Below are positions 55,894 through 64,000 of a stretch of DNA of 64,000 nt, in pieces. The stretch spans positions 5,146,001 to 5,210,000 of the forward strand of contig CP075496.1 of NCBI GenBank assembly GCA_021613535.1. The letters run 5' to 3'. Within the stretch, counting starts at the first letter, position 1; each line of letters starts with the position of its first letter. The position numbers were made by a program, and so were the translations under genes. The DNA is from Adineta vaga (lineage: Eukaryota; Animalia; Rotifera). The notes below the pieces were generated by a model that was given only the letters and a program-made list of their open reading frames with translations, was not told where the DNA came from and did no database searches.

Positions 55894-58800
55894 TTAAGTA
55901 TTCATTGGTGCTGTTGATTGATCATCATTGCCATCGAGCAAAGAAGATGATGATGACGGTGTAAGAATAATATTGGAAAGATCGGTAGCAGTAGTTGAAA
56001 CCGATGTTGAAGTTGGAGGATCTTTTGATTTAAAAATCTTATATCCAACACCGGTTGGTTTAGGTAAAATTACAGGAAGAGGACGTAAAGCAACTTTGGT
56101 GAAATATGGCGAAAAATTTGTTTTCTGAATTCGTTGTTGATCCCTGTAGAAACAGATGAAAAAAAAATAGATTATCACAATAAGAAAATCAACTTACATT
56201 GCTTTGGGAATAGTTGATAAAGTATTAGCTTCACTCACTGCACACTGAATGTCACGAGTGAGTCGATCAAAATTGACTTCATTTTTTCTGACAATATTTT
56301 TCGTTGAACTTTTATAGATTGGTAATAAATTCGCTGGTTGTGCTAATGTTATTTTTGATCGAATTATGGTCGAATCGTCATCTTTAATATCGTAATTACT
56401 ATTACTATCATTTGAACGTGGTGGTGATGCATCGTCAGGACAAAAAACAGAATTTTCATCTGCACAATCCGATGTTGTATCATTGAGTAATTTCATATTG
56501 TTTGTTCGAAGTCGATTTCGTCGTTGAACATCATTCCATCGGCGAACAATTTTTAATGTTTGATTAGAATTTGTTATAACAGATTTCATTTGCTGAGAAT
56601 TACCATCACCATTGATATAAATTATGGGTGAACCAAGTTTGTCATTTAAATCAACCGATGTATGATATAACTAAATAAATAAAAGATCATCTTTTCAATT
56701 CTATCGAAGAACATATTTCTAGTCATGGTAAATAGTAGATTGACTAAAAATAGTAGAAATAAATGACTTACACGTGGTGCAATAGGTTTGGGTTTAATAT
56801 ATTGATCATTTCGGGCAATTGGTCGATAACGTTGATTAAGTAAACGTGTCATTTTCTTTGGTATTTGTACATCAAAATTGGTAATTTGTGTTGGTGTATC
56901 AATATATTCATCATCTTCTTCAGTATCTGAATTATTTTCATCTGTTTCATCATCATTATTAAGCATTTTATTCATATCAAAACGTGTTCGTCGATGCCGA
57001 CCACGTTGACTAATATTTTTATTTGGATAATCGAAATACGTTGAGGATAGATTACTATTTTCATTTGTTTGACTCATTGATAACATTGATTCTTCACCAT
57101 GAAGATTATTATCGAGATTCTCTTGTTCAGATTCTGATGCTGTGATACTTTCATCACTCGTATATTCTTTTGGTTTTAATTTACGTTGAAGAGTTCGTTT
57201 CAAATCATGTTCTAAACGTTTGGTTTCAATTTGATTAAAATTAATTAATAATTCTTTTAATTTGTCAATTAAACAATTTGATAATTTTTTATGTTCACAC
57301 AATGGACAAAACCAATCACCATCAGGTACAGATAAAAGTTTTGGACGTAAACATGCCAAATGATAAGCATCATCACAATCATCGCATAATAATAACACTT
57401 CTGGTCGATCACTTTTTGAACAAACACGACAAGCTGTTATTATTGTTGATGCTTGAGCTGTTTTAGCTGTACGTAATTCTTCACCTGTTGGATTATTATC
57501 TTCGTCTAATTCAAAAAAATTTTCATCATGTTCGATTTGACTTGCATCAGGAAGATAATCATCAGAATCATAATCAGATTGGTAATCAAGATGATCATCA
57601 GAACTTGAACTTGATAGACAAAATTCATCGTCGATATTTCGTCGAGATGTTGTTTTACGTCGACGTCGAGAACGACCAGATTTATTTGTAGTTAATGTAT
57701 CATTGCTTCCTTTCGATTTTCCATTGATTGAACGTTTCTTTCTTCCATTGGTGATCTAAAGAATTCAATAAAATTTTCGATCGCTATTTTTCGAGAGTTT
57801 CATACTTGTGAATTCATCTTTGAGCCATTACTAGTTGTTGTTGTTGTTGTTTCCGATACAAGTGCTTTTCGAGGTCTTGTTGAACGACGAACACTTGAAT
57901 TTGTATTTTCAACAGGTGATTGCTCGTGCTGTTTGCTATTGTCTTCTTCGGTTTTGATTTGCTCATCACTGTGATTTTCTTCTACGAAACTTTTACGTTT
58001 TCTCCCACGACGAGATGGAGTTCTTGCTTCCTCTTTGATTTCCTTATTTATTGATTTTCTAGCACGAATAAATTTTTTCTTTGTCGACATATCAGATTCT
58101 TCCTCTTCTTCATCTTTCATCTTCATATCAATTGGTTTTGTTGAATTTCGTGAACGTCCAGATTTACGTTGTGATGATATCTCAGATGTTTCATTCTGAG
58201 CAGTTTCGTGTTTGATTTCTTTGATTACCTTATCCGTATGAATTGGTGATGATTTAGTCACAGCTTTCGATCGGCCACGTTTTTTCTTCATTGTTTCAAT
58301 CAATTTTTCATCTTCCTCTTCTTGTTTAATTTCAGGTACTATCAACATTTTTGGTCGGCCACGTTTTTTCTTTGCTGGTTCACTAGGTTGTTCATCATCA
58401 CTTGATGAAACATTTACTTCCTCTTTAATTGGTATGTCGATTTGATTTTTTTCATTCAGTTTTGTGAAACCTTTTGGTCGACCACGTTTCTTCTTTACTG
58501 ATTCATTTTCTATTACTGATAATTCAATATTTTCGATTTCTTCTTTAGTTTCTTCTTCTTCTTCATACATATCTACCACAGCTGAAGGTAAATAACGTTC
58601 TTCAAAGTCATTTGACACTGATAACGAAGAAAATGCCTCGCAATCAAACGTCCAATCTATACATATACAATGTTAATTGATAATGATGATGAAAAGATTT
58701 CATTAATAATCTTACCTGCAAATTTTTTTCGTACGACAGAATCAGTGATTAATAATTTAATAAAATTTTCTAATTCATCTCGGTTTCTATAAATATAATA

Positions 58801-59642
58801 TTATAAGATAGCTTTCGTAACGCTTCGTTTTACTTACTTGGCAACATGACTCCATGTTCGCTCAAGATCAATATCTTCACGAAATAAACGTACAAAACAG
58901 TCAGCATCCTAAAGTAGGATCAAAGGTTTCTCTGTGATCAATTTCGAAAAATATTAATACCATGAAAAGCCAATAGGATACTCCAAAACGATCACGACCT
59001 ATAGGTATTGATTTAATTTCTCTCGCAGTTTTATCAATCAATGTATTTTTAAATGTTTGATTTAGATCGAATTGACTTTCCAATAGATTCTAAAAATATA
59101 CTGTTCTTTCATAAAAATTATATTAAAAGATTAGTTTACCTTTAAAATTCGAACTTTTACATTGATTTCTGCCTGCAAATAGCCTGTTGCTGTTAAATGA
59201 TCACTATCATTGTAATCAAATCTCGAAGCAAACTACAATAAAATGTAAAATGTCTAAAATCTTCGTCAATATCATTAATTTACTTTGGTAATAATAGTAT
59301 CGAATTTCTCTCGTTGAGTATTTTTAGCTAATGATAATCGTTTGAGTAGAATAAAATGAAAATCAATTAAACGTGGTGGAACTAAATTTAAAAAATAGAG
59401 ATTATATTTTTATGTAAGAAAAATTTCAATCATTTACTTCGTTCTTGATTATGAATGAGATGATCTTCAAGTCTTTGATAGGAATAGGTGGGTAAATCCA
59501 GTGTTAAACGAAATCGTTCAAGGAAACAAAGCACTATACCATAATTTGGATCATTGAGTAATGATACTTGACGTTGATCTTTTTCATTTGTATCCATTTC
59601 TTTAGGACTAAATTCAGTAGAATGATCGTCTTCGGGAATCAT
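55894..59642 (-). CDS. RSF1: RSF1-like ISWI partner (DDT-like, WHIM, AT-hooks, PHD finger)
   Basis: LLNDPNYGIVLCFLERF; PIGRDRFGVSYWLF (WHIM2); repeated KKRGRPK AT-hooks; PHD CRVCSKSDRPEVLLLCDDCDDAYHLACLRP...DWFCPLC. Confidence 0.85.
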
Positions 59643-60513
59643 TGATATTTTTTGTTGATTGTTATTGTTTCTATTGTTAGTAGAACTTCATTGACGATGT
59701 TAATCATTCGATGATGATGATGATGATGATAATTTCAAGATCTGAAAAGGATGAATTTATTTTTCTTAAGTAAGAAGAGATTGTTTGTCATAAACGATTA
59801 TTTTTTTGCTTTCTTCTTTCATGCTGTTGCCCTCGTTCTTGTTCTTGATTCTTGTCTTGTCCGCAACCGCTTCCAATTTTTATCATCTTTGTTAAACTTA
59901 AACTATCATTCGTTGACGAATCAACGACTAAAATCTAAATAAGTATAGATGTCACTATAGAAAGTTTCTTTCGACACTATATTTTTCATTCGATTTATAA
60001 TGATAACATTATAGAATCAGAACAACGTAATTATATGAAGTTTACTCTCATACTACATGAAGAATTGCTGTCTTTTCTTGATGGAGATGAGAGGTGAGAA
60101 CATCCTCTTGAAACAGTATTCAATCAATAATTTCTACAATGTTGAACATTTGAGATTCAAGAAAGTTAACAGAGTGAAATATCTTCTATTTTGTTGTTTT
60201 ATGGAAATAGTTGGTCGATTCGTAATTTCTCTGGTGATTCATGGTTTAATAGACCGTTCCATTCATTTTTTCAAACAAACTCCTTTTTGCGCATTGTTGA
60301 AATAGTTCCTGTCGATTTTCATATATATATATGTATATATGTATGGAAAACAAAACGATCACAATGTGTTTACATTTTAAAGAATATTTGTTGAATTAAT
60401 TATGAAAAAAAAATATAGTAGAAAAGAATAAGAGAGGAAAACAGCATATAAAATAATTGCCATTGTATATATAATTTAAATAAAAAGAATACATCACAAA
60501 TGTATTTCACATA

Positions 60514-62477
60514 TTATTTTCCATCACGTGGATTTAAATGTCCTTGATCATCGCGCCATATTCCATCGAGATCCACTTTTCCATATTGATATGTAGATTG
60601 ATTTTTATACAAAGCATCCATCCATTCTTTGACTATTAATGGTGAATCAATCATTGTATTGATTTCCTGTAGAGAAGAAAATTAGTTACATCCTCAAGTA
60701 ATAGAATATTCCTTTGATATATTTACTTGAGAATGAAACCAAGATTGACTATCCATATTTCCATTTCCCATAATTGCAACTTGTCCATCAATAGACATAA
60801 ATTTTATATGACAATTTCGTTTCTGTTGTGAAAAATTCAATGGACGAGTTTGATCTAAATTTCATTCGATAGTTCAAATCTTATTCTACATGATTAATAC
60901 AAACCTTTTCCTGTATACCAATAGACTTCAAGAAAATGTTCTGCACCCGAATGTTCTTTTCGTAACTTCTTATACATTTTCTTTATGACATGTTCATTTG
61001 TACCACCCTGAAAAGTTCCATGTCCTTCTTTTAAATCATTAAAACCTAAATCAAGCCATAGAATAACTTGAACTTTTCGTTGACATGCTTCGATAATTCC
61101 GTCAATTGCTGGTTTTGCATTTAATGTAGGTGATTGAATGAAAATCGATTTTTCTGCATAACGAAATGCTCCTAACCATGCTGCATCTTGTGGATTTGCT
61201 GTATCTGCATGTCCTGGTGTACCATGAGGTAATCGATTGACTAATGCAATAGGAAATGGTCGATGTGCTTCATGATATATAAATGGTGTAAAATCATCTG
61301 CAAGTTTTTCTAATTCTTCATTCGAGTATTTTTCATCTGGTTGTGTTTTAGAAGCAGATTTAGCTGACAAATTTAAATGACGAGTTAAAGGTGATTCAGA
61401 TGATAATAATGGTTCATTGAAATAAATATCCGTTTGTTCAATATCTAAATGATTTTGTAATCGTAGACGTGCTCGAGCAATTGCATGTTGTAATGATTCT
61501 GTAAATGGTACAATACTCGAATAATTTGTACCAAATTCAAATTGATTGTTTTGTGTTGGTTCATCATTTAAACAAACAAGATTTGGTTGAAATGATAACC
61601 ACCATGATACAAGAAATGTATCATAGAATGAATTAACAATATCTCCTTCATAATGTGCCATCATTTCCAGATTAGGTCGATCTTGAATATTATTACTATT
61701 CAAGAGAGCAATTCGACGATCTATAATCATAAATTTTGAATGGAATGTACCCATAATTAAACGATGATAATTATTAATTTCAAGGGATATATGTGGAATT
61801 TCATCTGGTGTTGGAATATCATAATGTGACCATTTATGTGAAGGAAGAATACTATGATAATGTAATACATTTTCTTTTGTTGGATGATCGATCATTAATT
61901 TAAAAATAATAAAACGATTTTCTTCTTGTGCACGTTGATTTAAATCTCGTAGTGCTTTACCAATAATACTTACACTATGTCCTTTTTCCCAATAATTTGT
62001 TGCTAGAAGAACTTCTCTTTTGGCATGAACGATACAATGATAATAATGTTGCATTATATCAGGTATAGTAGAAATAATTGTTAATGGAATGACACCTGAT
62101 GAAGCAATTAAAGATGGTGAAACACGACCACATAATGGATCACGTTCAAGTGTACATAAAACATTATGAAATAGTTTTAAAAAAAGATTACTCGGCCGAG
62201 AAGGAAATTGTCCATATTCGGCAGCGAAATTTAATTCTTCGTCAGTGATGTCATTTTTAGAAAATTCATAATTAATTCGAGATCGTAAGTAAGGTAAGGG
62301 TTTAGAAAAGAGAATTTCAGCTGCTTGTTTTGCACTTTGAATTGTCAATGATTCAGAAGCTAATAATGATGTGATTGTTTGTTTTATTTCAGTATTTGAT
62401 CGTGGCAATTCCTGTACAGTATTGAGCATGTTTACGGGTATGGATGCAGATATTGAATTGGGCGTTAGATGAAACAT
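60514..62477 (-). CDS. Phospholipase D superfamily protein with two HKD motifs (fungal-type appearance)
   Basis: FHSKFMIID...SNNIQD and CHIKFMSID...GNGNMDSQSWFHSQE. One 1.57-kb exon plus two short 3' exons. Confidence 0.85.
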
Positions 62478-63058
62478 GTTTCGATTTATATTCTTTTTTT
62501 CAAGGACATATGAAAAATATATAGATATTCAATACTTTGTTTGAATGATTCAATCACAAACAGATGATATACTCAAAGATAGCAAGACGTCATCAACGTT
62601 TTATCTAAAATAAACGTGAAGGATATGATGCGTCATTGGTGTATGATATATAAGTAAATAATAATAATATTGTTAAGGTGATAATAGAATATAAAGAAAG
62701 TATAAAGAAAAGAACTAGAAAATATGGGCGTGACCAAAAGTTATGATTATAGTGCATTCAGTATAAATATAAAGAAGATGGTACGGTGAAATACGGGAGT
62801 CATACTATCAGTTATAGATTGACTCTTTTGAATCTTGTCAATTTGTATTTAAATATCGAAACTTTTTTAGATAAGAAATTTGATGGAACAACAAGAGTTG
62901 AATTTACAATTGTAATTCGTTTCTTTTTATTAACTATTTGATTAATAAAACAGAGATTTGTAACATATTTTTTCGACATAATTCATAGATATTAAATTGA
63001 GGAAGACACAAAAAAACATAGAATAAATTATTCGCTGGAATAAGATTTTTGTTTTCTA

Positions 63059-64000
63059 TCAATAAACCATTGATTGTTTGATGCTATTCGTTTTTTCATC
63101 GACACCAGCTTCTGTATCAGGTCGTTCTAAAGCTTCTTCTGGTAAATATCTTCCATAGATATATGTAAGTAATTTAAGCTTATCTTTTGCTTCCTGTTTG
63201 ATTTGATCCATTGAAATCGCCAACGCCAATTTTCTTCATAGTCAGGTGTAAATGCTCTATAGAAATTTATTATTGAAATCAAGTCCATAAGAAAGATTCA
63301 TGAGTAAACTTACGGATCATTCATTTGACAACCTTCTTCAAGATCAAGAACATCTTGAAAGAGTAAAACAGCAGTATTTGCAACACTTGCAAGTACTAAT
63401 CGTATTAAATCCCAATTAATATGACGTTCAGGATCACCTTCTTTCTGTAAATAATTGATCAATGTTTCTTTTTCTTTCGAACTAATATTATGACGAAACC
63501 ATGCAACTAAATATTTTCCAATGAGGAAGAATTGATTATTCATTTAAAAAAAAACAACAACAACTTGTTTTCTTACTTGTTGTGTTATTATCATGTGTAC
63601 CTGTATAAGCAATACAATTTGAAATATAATTATGTGGTAAATACATATTATTTGGGCAATGTACAAATGCAAAATGAAGTACACGCATACCCACAAGTCC
63701 AAATTTATCACGAAGATCAAATACTTCTTCTGTTAAATGTCCTAAATCTTCAGCAATAATTGGTAAATCATTACCCAATGCTTTTGTTGCTGCGGTGAGA
63801 AATTCATCACCTAAAATAAATCATTTGATAAGAATTCAAAAACATCGATATTCTAGTGCGAGAACATTACCGCAAGCTTTAATCCACTGTCCTTTCATTG
63901 GCGAAACAGCTTTGCCATCACTACCGATTGGAATAGCCCTTGAAAAGAAAAAAAAGATATTTAAAACACAAAATGGATGTGAATCAAAATATCATCCATC
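63059..64000 (-). CDS. malQ: 4-alpha-glucanotransferase (amylomaltase, GH77), 3' part, with spliceosomal introns; 5' end lies outside the window
   Basis: PIIAEDLG, GMRVLHFAF, YLPHNY, AYTGTHDNNT, QDVLDL...MNDP, NWRWR, and LTYIYGR after a 1-nt shift. Confidence 0.88.

Overview
AT-rich eukaryotic (metazoan) genomic DNA with compact genes broken by many ~50-65 nt GT-AG introns. The mix of animal genes, tiny introns and intron-containing genes of bacterial/fungal type suggests a bdelloid rotifer (inference only). About 18 protein-coding loci were reconstructed by hand, in order: a single-pass membrane protein, RBPMS/couch potato/MEC-8 RRM protein, PIAS SUMO ligase, DESI1-like peptidase, NME8-like thioredoxin-3xNDK, two signal-peptide BTB proteins, a degenerate membrane-protein paralog, alpha-actinin, UBE2U-like E2, AIFM3, a RING/B-box-RIG-I-like helicase fusion, Pumilio, three tandem vWA genes, RSF1, a fungal-type phospholipase D, and the 3' part of a GH77 4-alpha-glucanotransferase. 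The main points of interest are: (1) a RIG-I-like RNA sensor with its own TRIM-type RING/B-box in place of CARDs, 104 nt downstream of AIFM3 in an operon-like layout; (2) a TGA-CAA-TCA stop-readthrough context followed by a 72-codon in-frame extension in the RBPMS/cpo gene; (3) mutually exclusive exons that swap the thioredoxin active-site segment of NME8; (4) apparently secreted KCTD-type BTB proteins; (5) CaaX-ended vWA proteins carrying PPxY/PSAP motifs. Three single-base frameshifts in short homopolymers are probably assembly errors. No rRNA, tRNA, CRISPR array or transposon was recognised. Spliced-gene coordinates are start-to-stop spans.
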